A DNA stretch of 64,000 bases, taken from positions 32,001 to 96,000 of the IMG/VR virus record IMGVR_UViG_3300027804_000046; one strand, 5' to 3'. This document shows positions 47,968-58,032 of the stretch, piece after piece; position 1 is the first letter of the stretch, and every line of letters starts with the position of its first letter. Made by a program: the position numbers and the translations under genes. The DNA is from a virus. The notes under the pieces were generated by a model that worked only from the letters and a program-made list of their open reading frames with translations, was not told the origin of the DNA and searched no databases.

Positions 47968-48723
47968 ATGAAGAAAAAGGTTAAACACTACAACTCGATT
48001 TTCATATCAGACATTCACTTGGGTAGTGAGGGTTCACAGGCTGATATTGTCAATTCTTTTTTAAAGTATCATTCATGTGATAATCTTTTTCTTGTCGGCG
48101 ACATCATAGACGGTTGGAAGTTAAGAAAGCGAGTATATTGGCCACAGTCACACTCGCTCGTTATTCGCCAGATAATCAATAAGCAAAGACACGGTTCTAA
48201 CGTTGTTTATCTGACAGGCAATCATGATGAGTTTTTAAGAGATTGGACCGATATCTCAATTGATATTGAGTCTATTGAAATTAAAGACATGCACGACTAT
48301 CAAGCATTGAACGGTAAAAGATATTTGATTGTTCATGGTGATTTGTTTGATGGTGTGCATAAGGTAGCAAAATGGTTGAGTTACCTAGGCGATAATGCAT
48401 ATACTGTCCTTTTGAAGTTGAATCATTACTACAACAAACTAAGACACTTATTTGGATTTGGATACTGGAGTTTATCTGCGTATCTTAAATCTAATGTAAA
48501 AGGTGCTGTCAATTTCATTTTTGATTTTGAAAGCACTCTTTCCGATTATTGCAAATCTCAAGGATATGATGGTGTTATTTGCGGTCATATACATACTGCT
48601 GTAATTAAGCAAATCAATGGAGTCGAATATATGAACTCTGGTGATTGGGTTGAAAGTTGTACAGCACTTGTAGAAAATATGGACGGATCTTGGGAGATTG
48701 TTAATTGGACTTCAAAAGAATAG
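47968..48723 (+). CDS. plcP: PlcP-like Mn-dependent phospholipase C (LpxH-like metallophosphoesterase)
   Basis: FISDIHLG, LVGDIIDGW.L....YWPQSH, GNHDEFLR, HGDLFD, GYWSLSAYLK..VK.AVNFI.DFE, GVICGHIH and N.GDWVESCTA motifs; followed by a GT4 as in bacterial plcP-agt loci. Confidence 0.8.
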   Translation: MKKKVKHYNSIFISDIHLGSEGSQADIVNSFLKYHSCDNLFLVGDIIDGWKLRKRVYWPQSHSLVIRQIINKQRHGSNVVYLTGNHDEFLRDWTDISIDIESIEIKDMHDYQALNGKRYLIVHGDLFDGVHKVAKWLSYLGDNAYTVLLKLNHYYNKLRHLFGFGYWSLSAYLKSNVKGAVNFIFDFESTLSDYCKSQGYDGVICGHIHTAVIKQINGVEYMNSGDWVESCTALVENMDGSWEIVNWTSKE

Positions 48724-49709
48724 TTATCGTAACCGATGCTTGGGAACCACAAGTCAGTGGTGTTGTCACTACACTCAAGAAAATGGTAGAGTTTGCTAAG
48801 AAAGATGGATACGATATCGTTGTTATTCATCCTGGCTTGTTTAAGAGTAAATTTTACTTTAAAGTTTATCCTGAAATACCATTTACTATTCCTTTTGGAT
48901 TGTCTAAGCATCTCAAATATAAAACAGATACAGTTTATCATATCGCAACTGAAGGACCATTAGGTCTTGCCGCTGCATTTATTTTAACGTTCAAGAATAG
49001 AAGATATACTACATCTTATCATACAGACTGGTCAAAACTTATGAAAGATGTGGGCGGTATTCCTGAATGGATTACCAGGGCTTACATTAAGTGGTTTCAT
49101 AGAAAACGTAAAGTCTTTTGTCCCACTGAAACAATCAAACGGTTTATGATTGACAATAAAATTGGTCGCAGACAGATTATCTGGCCAAGAGGTGTTGATC
49201 CAGAAATCTTTACGCCTAGAATAAAAGCATCTCTAAAAGGTACTAAAATTCTACTCTCTGTTGGCCGTATATCAAAAGAAAAAAATCTAGATGCTTTTTG
49301 CCAGTTGCCGAACAAATATAAAAAGATTGTTGTTGGTGATGGTCCATACAAAGAAGAACTAGAAAGAAAATATCCTGATGTAATCTTTGTCGGTTATAAG
49401 TTTGGCGCAGAACTTGCAAACTATTATAGACAAGCAGATTGTTTTGTCTTTACCAGCAAAGCAGACACGTTTGGTGTTGTTATGATTGAGGCTATGTATT
49501 GTGGAACTCCTGTTGCTGCATATCCTGTTCAAGGTCCAATCGATGTGGTTGATAACAAGCACACAGGAATTTTAGATGAAAGTTTAGAGACGGCAATTAA
49601 AAAGTGCTTGACACTATCAAGAAAAAAGTGTAGTATTACAGCCAGAAATAGTTGGTCTTGGGACACCGTTTGGTATACATTTGTGAACAACTTGGAAAAA
49701 GATAAATGA
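48705..49709 (+). CDS. agt: GT4 glycosyltransferase, Agt-like diacylglycerol glycosyltransferase
   Basis: IVTDAW.PQV.GVV.TL, HIATEGPLG, TTSYHT, VGR.SKEKNL.AF, DTFG.VM.EA..CGTPVAAYPV.GP.DV motifs. Confidence 0.75.
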   Translation: MDFKRIVIVTDAWEPQVSGVVTTLKKMVEFAKKDGYDIVVIHPGLFKSKFYFKVYPEIPFTIPFGLSKHLKYKTDTVYHIATEGPLGLAAAFILTFKNRRYTTSYHTDWSKLMKDVGGIPEWITRAYIKWFHRKRKVFCPTETIKRFMIDNKIGRRQIIWPRGVDPEIFTPRIKASLKGTKILLSVGRISKEKNLDAFCQLPNKYKKIVVGDGPYKEELERKYPDVIFVGYKFGAELANYYRQADCFVFTSKADTFGVVMIEAMYCGTPVAAYPVQGPIDVVDNKHTGILDESLETAIKKCLTLSRKKCSITARNSWSWDTVWYTFVNNLEKDK

Positions 49710-49870
49710 AACACATCGAAGTAAGTGATTTCATAGAACATGAAGATGGTTCTGCTACCATTACTATCACAATGGATTACGAAATTATTCTCTTCTTTGC
49801 GAAGAAGTCCCTTCTTGCAACTTTAATTGAAGCGGCTAACGAGGCAAAAGAAGATGAAAGTCAAGATTAG
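49706..49870 (+). CDS. Small hypothetical protein (54 aa), not in ORF track
   Basis: MKHIEVSDFIEHEDGSATIT...; ATGA overlap with the agt stop. Confidence 0.5.
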   Translation: MKHIEVSDFIEHEDGSATITITMDYEIILFFAKKSLLATLIEAANEAKEDESQD

Positions 49871-50444
49871 TAAATATCCTACAGACAGATTGATATGTAG
49901 GATTCATGACCGTTACATGAACAAGAAGTACGGTCACGTTTGGCCTCATCCTTCAACACCAACTAAGATTGAAAACTTCTTAGAGTTGATTGAAGGAATC
50001 ATTCAGTCGTTCTATGACGTAACGATTAATCCTATCATCAGACATCGTAAGCGAAAGATTAGTGTTCGTATTGATGATTGGGATACCTGGAGTGCTGATG
50101 TTACTCTAGCCTACATCATTCATCCTATTCTTCTAAAGATTAAAGAAGGTAAGTTTGGCACTCCATACACCTATCGTGAAGATGCGCCCGATGATGTTAT
50201 CTATGATGATCGCACCGAAGATGATGATTGGGATCGACCCTTTAACGCAATGCGCTGGCATTATATTCTTGATGAGATGATTTTTGCCTTTGAGAAAATC
50301 AAAGACGGAGAATGGGACTTAGAAATCTACGAGAGACATAATGGTTGGACTACCGAAGCCCTTGAGGAGCGTGATGAAATTCAAAAGCGTATTAACAACG
50401 GGCTTCGTCTCTTTGCTAAATATTATCAGAGTTTGTGGACATAA
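49854..50444 (+). CDS. Conserved-type phage hypothetical protein
   Basis: MKVKISKY...VRID.WDTWS.D.TLA.II.P.L...W.YILDEMIFAFE...RI.NGLRLF.KYY..LW. Confidence 0.65.
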   Translation: MKVKISKYPTDRLICRIHDRYMNKKYGHVWPHPSTPTKIENFLELIEGIIQSFYDVTINPIIRHRKRKISVRIDDWDTWSADVTLAYIIHPILLKIKEGKFGTPYTYREDAPDDVIYDDRTEDDDWDRPFNAMRWHYILDEMIFAFEKIKDGEWDLEIYERHNGWTTEALEERDEIQKRINNGLRLFAKYYQSLWT

Positions 50445-50446
50445 AA

Positions 50447-50662
50447 ATGGCATGTAATTCGTGTAGCAATAATGATAGTTCGAACTCTCTCTTCCTGAAA
50501 GAGGGATCTTTCTATATTCTTGGACAATACGGCTCACGATATGACATGGAACTTTATGCTCTCAAAAGAGCCACATATTCTATCGGTGATATTTGTGATG
50601 ATTGTGTGAGACAACTAATCAATGAAGGCGTTGCACAAAAAATACAGGACGGAGTTTGGTGA
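50447..50662 (+). CDS. Hypothetical Cys-containing protein
   Basis: CxxC ... YGS.YD ... ICDDC. Confidence 0.55.
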   Translation: MACNSCSNNDSSNSLFLKEGSFYILGQYGSRYDMELYALKRATYSIGDICDDCVRQLINEGVAQKIQDGVW

Positions 50663-50826
50663 TGTTAGGATGGAAGTACAACGAAAGTATTCTCAGAACC
50701 TATATGACTGAACACGCAGAAGACATGGGCAGATTTTGGGCTGAGATATATAAGAATACGCCTAGTTTTTATGAGAACTTTATGCGAGGATTTCTAGAGG
50801 AACTAAACAAACCCAAGAAGGAATAG
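50662..50826 (+). CDS. Small hypothetical protein (54 aa)
   Basis: GGAG RBS; TGATG coupling. Confidence 0.4.
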   Translation: MLGWKYNESILRTYMTEHAEDMGRFWAEIYKNTPSFYENFMRGFLEELNKPKKE

Positions 50827-50830
50827 CAAA

Positions 50831-51031
50831 ATGGCATATCAAACTATTTCCGAAGAGATTATCCGACAAGCAGCAGAGATTATGGGCCCAGATAGCAACT
50901 TTCATGTTGCTTTAAAATGGGGTGAAGAGTATAGACAAGCGGGCATGAACCCTGTATACTATACAGACGATTCTGAAAAGATGGTATTTGTTACTACAGA
51001 AGAAAAGATGAACGGCACTAAGTTTAATTAA
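50831..51031 (+). CDS. Hypothetical protein
   Basis: 66 aa ORF with AAGGA RBS. Confidence 0.5.
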   Translation: MAYQTISEEIIRQAAEIMGPDSNFHVALKWGEEYRQAGMNPVYYTDDSEKMVFVTTEEKMNGTKFN

Positions 51032-51046
51032 GATTGGAGTTTTATA

Positions 51047-51229
51047 ATGAATATTCTTGAGACGCAATGGAAGCAGCGAACACACGATAGCAAGTGGGAA
51101 AAACTTGCTAAGGTTATGGACTACGAAAACAAGTATGTCTATAAGAGCGAGTCGGGTTCTAATCTGACTTACATTCCTACCAAGTGGATGACAGTCGGTG
51201 TGTTTGATTATGTAGGAGAACTAGAATAA
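51047..51229 (+). CDS. Hypothetical protein
   Basis: 60 aa ORF with GGAG RBS. Confidence 0.5.
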   Translation: MNILETQWKQRTHDSKWEKLAKVMDYENKYVYKSESGSNLTYIPTKWMTVGVFDYVGELE

Positions 51230-51543
51230 TGGCTGCGAATGTGAAGATACTCAAGTTAATTACTGGTGAGGAACTGCTTGGTGAAATGCTACCAGGTGGA
51301 CCCTCAGTTTGTGAAATCAAAAACCCTGTTCGTATCGTTGTGATGCCCAACAAGATGGATCCTAAGACTCCAAATGTTGGCTTTGCTCCTTGGGCAGAAT
51401 TTAGTGACCAGAAAACTTTTATTATTGACAAGTCTCATGTATTGTGTATAATAGAGCCAATTAAAGAGTTCGTCAATCAATACAATTCCATGTTTGGCGG
51501 ACTTGTTCTTCCGACTTCCAATTTGATTAAGCCAGGAGCATAA
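51229..51543 (+). CDS. Conserved T4-like hypothetical protein upstream of gp43
   Basis: KILKLITGEELLG, KNP, GFAPW and NQYNSMFG motifs. Confidence 0.7.
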   Translation: MAANVKILKLITGEELLGEMLPGGPSVCEIKNPVRIVVMPNKMDPKTPNVGFAPWAEFSDQKTFIIDKSHVLCIIEPIKEFVNQYNSMFGGLVLPTSNLIKPGA

Positions 51544-54104
51544 TGTCCGACAACTTTTACACTAACGTTCAAGTGTATGGTTCCAGAATACTTTATAGAG
51601 GCATAGAAAACGGTAGGAAAGTAAGACGCAAGATAGATTACTTTCCTACTTTTTTTGTTCCCTCAAAAGAACCAACGGACTGGACAACCATTCATGGCAA
51701 GTATGTTTCTGAGTTGAAGCCCGGAAACATTCGTGAGGCTAGAGACTTTCTCAAGATGTATGAGGAAGTTGAAGGCTTTATTGTCTATGGCAATAACAGA
51801 TATGAATATGCTTTCATCGCAGAAACTTTCCCGAATGATGTTGATTGGGATATCTCTAAAATCAATGTGACAAACATCGATATCGAGGTCGGCTCAGAGA
51901 ATGGTTTTCCTGAACCGTCTCTGGCCAATGAACCAATTACAGCCATCACGTTCAAGAACAATCAAGGCAAGTTTATCGTATTTGGCTGCGGTAAGTTTAA
52001 CAACACCCGTGATGATGTCCAGTATATTCATTGTCGTGATGAGATTGACCTTATCAAGAGATTTATTGATGAGTGGTCTGGCGACTATCCTGATATCATC
52101 ACTGGTTGGAATGTAGAACGGTTCGATATCGTCTATCTCGTCAATCGCTTTCGCAAGTTGATGGGTGAAGAGTTTGCTAACAGACTATCACCTTGGAATG
52201 TTATCAATGAAGGCAAGACTACAAACAAGTTGGGTCAAGTAGAAACAATCTATCGCATTCTTGGCATCGCCACACTTGATTATATTGCCATGTATCGCAA
52301 GTTTGCTCCTGGTGGTCAGTCTCAGGAATCTTATTCACTCAACAATATTGCCAATGTAGAACTTGGCGAAAAGAAGTTGTCGTATGAAGAATATGGCAAT
52401 CTGCACAATCTCTACAAAGAGAACTATCAAAAGTTTATTGAGTATAACATCAAAGACGTTGAACTTGTTGACAAGATTGATGACAAGTTGAAACTCATTG
52501 AACTTGCTCTTACTCTTGCATACGACAGCAAAACTAATCCAGACGATTCCTTCTCACAGGTTCGTATGTGGGATGCTATCGTTTATAATCATCTTCGCAA
52601 GAAGAATATGGTTGTGGATCCTATTGTCAAGCACAGTAAAGATTCCGCATACGAAGGCGCACATGTGAAAGAACCTGTGCCTGGTCTGTATAAGTGGGTC
52701 GCATCATTCGACTTGAACAGTCTGTATCCACACTTAATTATGCAGTACAACATTTCGCCTGACACAATCATTGAACCAGAAGATTACACTCCTGGTCTGA
52801 GAATGTATGTGAAAGACAATCACTTTGAGGTTGATGAGTTTCTTGACCAAATAAACAACAACAATCAACTCAAGTATGAAAACGTGACTGTGACACCAAA
52901 CGGACATTTCTATCGTCGCACGAAGCAGGGTTTCTTGCCTGAGATTATGGAAACAATGTATAATGACCGCAGCGCATATAAGAAGAAGACTATTGCTGCC
53001 AAGAAAGAACTAGAGAAAGAAACTGATCCAGAAAAGAGAATTGAAATCGAAAAGCGTGTAGCACGATTCAATAATCTCCAGTTGGCTAAGAAGGTTTCTC
53101 TAAACTCTGCTTACGGCGCTCTCGGTAATCAATACTTCCGATACTTCGACGTTCGACAGGCCTCAGGCATCACGACTGCTGGTCAGTTGTCCATTCGTTG
53201 GATCGAAAAGAAACTAAATGAATATATGAACAAAATTCTAAAGACGGACAAAGAAGACTATGTTATCGCCTCGGATACGGATAGCATTTACCTCTGTCTT
53301 GATAAACTGGTCAGCAAGACTATTATTGAGCAGAGTCCAAATGCTACAACAAAACAAATTATCGCATTCATGGATAAGGTCTGCGAAAATAAAATTCAAC
53401 CGTTTATTGACTCTGCTTATGCTGAACTTGCTGAATATATTAATGCCTACGAACAAAAGATGCAAATGAAGCGTGAGGCTCTGGCCGACAAGGGTATCTG
53501 GACAGCCAAGAAGCGTTACATTCTGAATGTATACAATAACGAAGGTGTTGAATACGCAAAGCCCAAGCCGAAAGTCATGGGTCTTGAGATGATCAAGTCT
53601 TCCACTCCTGCATACTGCCGCAAGATTATGTGGGAAGCAATCGACATTGTTCTCAACAAGACTGAGAATGATTTGATTGGCATGATTGAAACATGGCGTC
53701 AAGAGTTTAGACATCAGAATATTTCAGACATTGCGTTTCCTCGTGGTGTAAATGGACTTGATAAGTTTGCTGACGCCAAGGCTATCTTTGGTAAGGGTTG
53801 CCCAATTCATGTGCGCGGTTCTTTGCTATATAACGATTTAATCAAGCGCAAGAAGTTGGACAAGACATATCAGGCAATCAAAGAGGGTGAGAAGATTAAG
53901 TTCATCTATCTCAAAGAGCCAAACACCATTCAGTCTAATGTCATCTCGTTTCCAACAATTGTGCCAAAAGAACTTGACATTGAGAAGTATATCGACTATG
54001 ATTTGCAGTTTGACAAATCTTTTCTAGAGCCATTGAAGATTATTCTTGATAGCATTGACTGGAAGACTGAACATGTATCTTCGCTTGAAGATTTCTTCAA
54101 CTAA
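51543..54104 (+). CDS. gp43: Family B DNA polymerase
   Basis: Exo DIE; SFDLNSLYPHLI.QYNISP, K..LNSAYGA.GN, ASDTDS and KKRY motifs; PIP-like SLEDFF C-terminus; uninterrupted. Confidence 0.98.
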   Translation: MSDNFYTNVQVYGSRILYRGIENGRKVRRKIDYFPTFFVPSKEPTDWTTIHGKYVSELKPGNIREARDFLKMYEEVEGFIVYGNNRYEYAFIAETFPNDVDWDISKINVTNIDIEVGSENGFPEPSLANEPITAITFKNNQGKFIVFGCGKFNNTRDDVQYIHCRDEIDLIKRFIDEWSGDYPDIITGWNVERFDIVYLVNRFRKLMGEEFANRLSPWNVINEGKTTNKLGQVETIYRILGIATLDYIAMYRKFAPGGQSQESYSLNNIANVELGEKKLSYEEYGNLHNLYKENYQKFIEYNIKDVELVDKIDDKLKLIELALTLAYDSKTNPDDSFSQVRMWDAIVYNHLRKKNMVVDPIVKHSKDSAYEGAHVKEPVPGLYKWVASFDLNSLYPHLIMQYNISPDTIIEPEDYTPGLRMYVKDNHFEVDEFLDQINNNNQLKYENVTVTPNGHFYRRTKQGFLPEIMETMYNDRSAYKKKTIAAKKELEKETDPEKRIEIEKRVARFNNLQLAKKVSLNSAYGALGNQYFRYFDVRQASGITTAGQLSIRWIEKKLNEYMNKILKTDKEDYVIASDTDSIYLCLDKLVSKTIIEQSPNATTKQIIAFMDKVCENKIQPFIDSAYAELAEYINAYEQKMQMKREALADKGIWTAKKRYILNVYNNEGVEYAKPKPKVMGLEMIKSSTPAYCRKIMWEAIDIVLNKTENDLIGMIETWRQEFRHQNISDIAFPRGVNGLDKFADAKAIFGKGCPIHVRGSLLYNDLIKRKKLDKTYQAIKEGEKIKFIYLKEPNTIQSNVISFPTIVPKELDIEKYIDYDLQFDKSFLEPLKIILDSIDWKTEHVSSLEDFFN

Positions 54105-54109
54105 ATATA

Positions 54110-54910
54110 TTGATGCAATCACGTATCCTCACAATTCTTGTGTTCATCACAGGAATCGCAATATCTGCTGTAGCCGCTTATTATAGTATAATCGGTCTTA
54201 CATCCATCTTTGCTGGAGCATTCTGGCCTATTATCATCATGGGTTCAGTATTGGAAGTCGGCAAACTTGTAGCAACATCTTGGCTATACAATAACTGGAA
54301 ACAAGCGCCGTTTCTAATCAAGACTTATCTGTTTGCTGCTATCGGTGTATTGATGCTCATTACAAGCATGGGCATCTTTGGCTTTCTTTCCAAAGCACAC
54401 ATTGAACAACAGTTGCAACTCAATACTGGTGTGACAGAACAAGTTGAAATACTGAATAGCGAAATCACTCTGCAACAGGAACGCATCGCAGACTTAGACA
54501 AACAGATAAAAGTGATAGACGATTCAATCAATAAGATGATTGAAAAGGGACAAACAAAATCTTCTCTAGCCGCAGCAAAGCAACAGAAAGAAACTCGCCA
54601 AGCTTTAGTCGATGAAAAGAAAACAGAAACAGATAAACTATCACAAATGAAATCTCAGCGCATAAAGTTGGAATCTGAGTTCAAGAAAATAGAAGCAGAA
54701 GTCGGACCAATCAAGTATGTTGCCGAACTAATTTACGGCTCATCCGATCAAGAAATAGTTGACAAAGCCATCAGATTTGTTATAATGCTGCTCATATTCG
54801 TGTTTGATCCGTTGGCAATATTACTTCTGTTAGCCTTCAATATATCCGCAGCACAGAATAGACGAATTGAATTTTTAGATATGGAAGAATTAGAGAATGA
54901 CAAAAGATGA
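54110..54910 (+). CDS. Membrane protein with coiled coil
   Basis: Three N-terminal TM segments (AAYYSI.GL, LEVGKLV, ITSMGIFGFLS), a coiled coil, EVGPIKY and a C-terminal TM FDPLA. Confidence 0.7.
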   Translation: MMQSRILTILVFITGIAISAVAAYYSIIGLTSIFAGAFWPIIIMGSVLEVGKLVATSWLYNNWKQAPFLIKTYLFAAIGVLMLITSMGIFGFLSKAHIEQQLQLNTGVTEQVEILNSEITLQQERIADLDKQIKVIDDSINKMIEKGQTKSSLAAAKQQKETRQALVDEKKTETDKLSQMKSQRIKLESEFKKIEAEVGPIKYVAELIYGSSDQEIVDKAIRFVIMLLIFVFDPLAILLLLAFNISAAQNRRIEFLDMEELENDKR

Positions 54911-55286
54911 TTATGACGATTTTCATAAAGTGTTGGAAGACATTGTAGCATCAAGGAAGTATCTTGATGGTGCATCTAGACCTTGGGGTCGCTGGTATGT
55001 CCTAGATGTGGATCAGGGATTCAAGGTAAAGAAACTGGAAATTCTACCAGATCAGGCTATCTCACTACAGTATCACATCCATCGTACAGAAACCTGGACG
55101 ATTGTTCAAGGCGAAGGCAAAGTGATTGTTGATGGTAATGTGTTTTCTGTCAAGAAGGGCGACACGTTCTTTGTGCCAAGACAGGGCATTCACAAAATCA
55201 CAAATACACATCTCAAGGAAATTTTAATTGCAATTGAGGTGCAAATCGGCGAAATTTGCAGAGAGGACGATATCGTTCGCTGCTAA
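54897..55286 (+). CDS. Cupin, mannose-6-phosphate isomerase type II C-terminal-like
   Basis: RPWG, VKKL.I.P...ISLQYH.HR.E.W, H.I.N, IEVQ.G...EDDIVR motifs. Confidence 0.85.
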   Translation: MTKDDYDDFHKVLEDIVASRKYLDGASRPWGRWYVLDVDQGFKVKKLEILPDQAISLQYHIHRTETWTIVQGEGKVIVDGNVFSVKKGDTFFVPRQGIHKITNTHLKEILIAIEVQIGEICREDDIVRC

Positions 55287-55337
55287 ATACAGCGTCACGG
55301 AGAATCGTGACGTTCAACATAATATAGGAGAATCTAT

Positions 55338-56390
55338 ATGTCAAACATGTTTACTTCCTTACTCAAGGAGATTGATAATGAATATGCGGGAATTGCAGAC
55401 GAAGGTATCGAAGCTGGTGATGTCACTGGGTTCATTGGTACTGGCTCTTATAGTCTCAATGCTCTACTTAGCGGTAGCATTTACGGTGGCTTACCTGCAA
55501 ACAAGGTCACAGCACTCGCAGGTGAACCCTCAACCGGCAAGACCTTTTACACAATCAACATTGTCAGACAATTCCTCAGAGACAATAAAGATGGATTCGT
55601 CTTCTACTTTGAATCAGAATCCGCTATATCTAAGCAAATGCTTTCAGACAGAAACGTTGACACAAAGCGAGTTGCAGTTGTGCCAGTCGCAACTATCCAA
55701 GAATTTAGAACTCAAGCCGTAAAAATCCTCGACAAGTATATCGAAGACAAAGAGAAGAAGGATCGCCCGCCGATGCTCTTTGTTCTAGATTCACTCGGCA
55801 ATCTTTCTACAGACAAAGAGATGGCCGACATTGCAGACGGCAAAGACACACGCGACATGACACGCGCACAACTTGTTCGTGGTGCATTCCGTGTTCTTAC
55901 ACTCAAGCTTGGTAAGGCTAAAGTACCGCTCATCGTGACCAATCACGTTTATGATGTAGTTGGTTCGTATGTTCCGACCAAGAAGATGGGTGGCGGTTCT
56001 GGTCTTGAGTATGCTGCATCGACCATTCTGTTTCTGTCAAAGAAGAAAGACAAGGACAAGGACGGTAGCGTATCTGGTGCAATCATCACGGCCAATCTCA
56101 AGAAGGCTCGTCTGACGATTGAGAACAAGAAGGTCGAAACTCTGCTTGACTATTCTTACGGACTTGATCCATACTACGGTCTTATTGATTTGGCTGAAAA
56201 GTTTGGTATCATGAAGAAGGTAGCAAACAAGTATGAAATGCCAGATGGCTCTAAGGCTTTCGAGTCTGTCATTCAATTAAATCCAGAAAAGTATTTTACA
56301 AAGGACATCATGGACAAAATTGATGAAGCATGTAAGAATGAGTTTCTTTATGGTAAGTCCAATGTCACAGATACGGAGGAATCTGAATGA
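55338..56390 (+). CDS. uvsX: RecA-like recombinase UvsX
   Basis: TGSY.LNAL.SG, AGEPSTGKTF, DSLGNL, DMTRA, TNH.Y and MGGGSG..YAAS motifs. Confidence 0.95.
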   Translation: MSNMFTSLLKEIDNEYAGIADEGIEAGDVTGFIGTGSYSLNALLSGSIYGGLPANKVTALAGEPSTGKTFYTINIVRQFLRDNKDGFVFYFESESAISKQMLSDRNVDTKRVAVVPVATIQEFRTQAVKILDKYIEDKEKKDRPPMLFVLDSLGNLSTDKEMADIADGKDTRDMTRAQLVRGAFRVLTLKLGKAKVPLIVTNHVYDVVGSYVPTKKMGGGSGLEYAASTILFLSKKKDKDKDGSVSGAIITANLKKARLTIENKKVETLLDYSYGLDPYYGLIDLAEKFGIMKKVANKYEMPDGSKAFESVIQLNPEKYFTKDIMDKIDEACKNEFLYGKSNVTDTEESE

Positions 56391-56746
56391 TTTTAGGTAC
56401 AGATTTCCGATTCAGTAATGTCTATAATACGGACACAACTGCTATTCAGTTATTGACAGAAGCATACAAAGATGTTATATTTCGTTTTACGAACGTAGGC
56501 ATTCGTGAAAATCCAGAAGATGGAAATGCCACTCTTCGGTTCTCTTACGAAATACTTTCATCAGGTAAGTTCAAAGAAGAGTTGCTGCGTAAGGATAAGT
56601 ATTTCGAACAGCATCTTGGTTTGATATTGAATACTTTAATCATAGACATTGCGGAGTTAGATGGTGCAGATAGAGAAAGTTATATTGAAGAATCTGGTGA
56701 AGAACGAATCGTTCACGCGAAGGGTTCTGCCATTTCTCAAGAGTGA
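56387..56746 (+). CDS. Hypothetical protein (position of T4 gp40)
   Basis: 119 aa ORF between uvsX and gp41. Confidence 0.5.
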   Translation: MILGTDFRFSNVYNTDTTAIQLLTEAYKDVIFRFTNVGIRENPEDGNATLRFSYEILSSGKFKEELLRKDKYFEQHLGLILNTLIIDIAELDGADRESYIEESGEERIVHAKGSAISQE

Positions 56747-58031
56747 ATACTTCACGAACGAAGTTGAACGTAACATCTTCAACGAAATTCGTGACTTCAC
56801 TATCAAGTATAACAATCTACCTACCACAGACGCATTGCTGATTGAAGTTGATTCGCTTCGCGGATTGACAGCAGACCAGGCCAGAGACGCATCTACTCTC
56901 ATCAAAGACCTCAACGCTGATGAAGTCGATACAAATGCAGACTGGCTTCTTGACAGCACCGAAAAGTTCTGTCAAGAGAAAGCAATCTATAATGCAATCA
57001 TGCAGTCTATCGAAATCATGAACAACAAGGGTGGCACTCTCACAAAGGGTGCCATCCCTGACCTATTGACACAAGCACTTGCTGTCACTTTTGATCCAAA
57101 TGTCGGTCATGATTATCTTGAAGACTTTGAAGAACGATTCGAATACTATCATCGTGTCGAACACAAGATTCCTTTTGACCTAGATTTCTTCAACAAGATT
57201 ACCAAGAATGGTTTCAGTCGTAAGACACTCAACATCTTTTTGGCTGGTACTGGTGTCGGTAAGTCTCTGACTATGTGTCATATTGCAGCCGCTTGTTTGG
57301 CTCAAGGCAAGAATGTGTTGTATATCACTCTTGAGTTGGCCGAAGAAGAAGTTGCAAAGCGTATTGACGCAAATCTCATGAACATTACGATTGATGACTT
57401 GCTTCAACTTCCTCGTGATTTGTATTTGAAGAAAGCTTCCGTTCTCAAGAACAAGGCACAGGGAAAACTTATCGTCAAGGAATATCCAACCGCAGCGGCC
57501 TCTACTCTACATTTCAAGGCATTGCTGAATGAGTTGCACTTGAAGAAGTCGTTCAAGCCAGATATCATCTTTGTTGACTATCTCAATATATGTGCATCTT
57601 CACGCATCAAGCCTGGCGGTAATGTAAACAGTTACACATACATCAAGTCTATCGCAGAAGAGTTGCGCGGTCTTGCTGTAGAGTTTGAAGTGCCAGTTGT
57701 TTCGGCCACTCAGACAAACAGAACTGGCTTTACAAGTTCAGACGTTGGTCTTGAAGATACTTCCGAATCGTTTGGTCTTCCTGCTACTGCTGACTTTATG
57801 GCAGCCTTGATTTCTACCGAGCAACTACAAGAACTAAATCAGATAATGGTAAAGCAGTTGAAGAACCGATATTCTGATCCGACTCAGAACAAGAGATTTG
57901 TTATCGGTATCGACAAAGCAAAGATGAAGTTGTATGATGTAGAACAATCCGCTCAGATAGATATTGTTGATAGTGGTCAAGTTCCACAGACAAATAGTTC
58001 AAAAGATAAGTTCAAAAGTCTAAAGGTGTGA
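56661..58031 (+). CDS. gp41: Replicative DnaB-like helicase
   Basis: AGTGVGKSL, YITLE, KEYPT, VDYLNIC, SATQT.R, SESFGLP.TAD and KQLKNRY motifs. Confidence 0.96.
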   Translation: MVQIEKVILKNLVKNESFTRRVLPFLKSEYFTNEVERNIFNEIRDFTIKYNNLPTTDALLIEVDSLRGLTADQARDASTLIKDLNADEVDTNADWLLDSTEKFCQEKAIYNAIMQSIEIMNNKGGTLTKGAIPDLLTQALAVTFDPNVGHDYLEDFEERFEYYHRVEHKIPFDLDFFNKITKNGFSRKTLNIFLAGTGVGKSLTMCHIAAACLAQGKNVLYITLELAEEEVAKRIDANLMNITIDDLLQLPRDLYLKKASVLKNKAQGKLIVKEYPTAAASTLHFKALLNELHLKKSFKPDIIFVDYLNICASSRIKPGGNVNSYTYIKSIAEELRGLAVEFEVPVVSATQTNRTGFTSSDVGLEDTSESFGLPATADFMAALISTEQLQELNQIMVKQLKNRYSDPTQNKRFVIGIDKAKMKLYDVEQSAQIDIVDSGQVPQTNSSKDKFKSLKV

Positions 58032-58032
58032 C

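Noticed and set aside
47968-48723. Annotation as LpxH (lipid A biosynthesis)
   Set aside because: The YWPQSH, GYWSLS and GDWVESCTA motifs and the adjacent GT4 fit the PlcP clade better, and no other lpx genes are present.
51543-54104. Intron, intein or split in the DNA polymerase (also checked gp41, gp46, uvsW)
   Set aside because: The ORFs are continuous and of normal length, with no intein motifs seen.
55228-55722. 164-aa alternative-frame + strand ORF
   Set aside because: It overlaps uvsX out of frame and has no RBS or motif.
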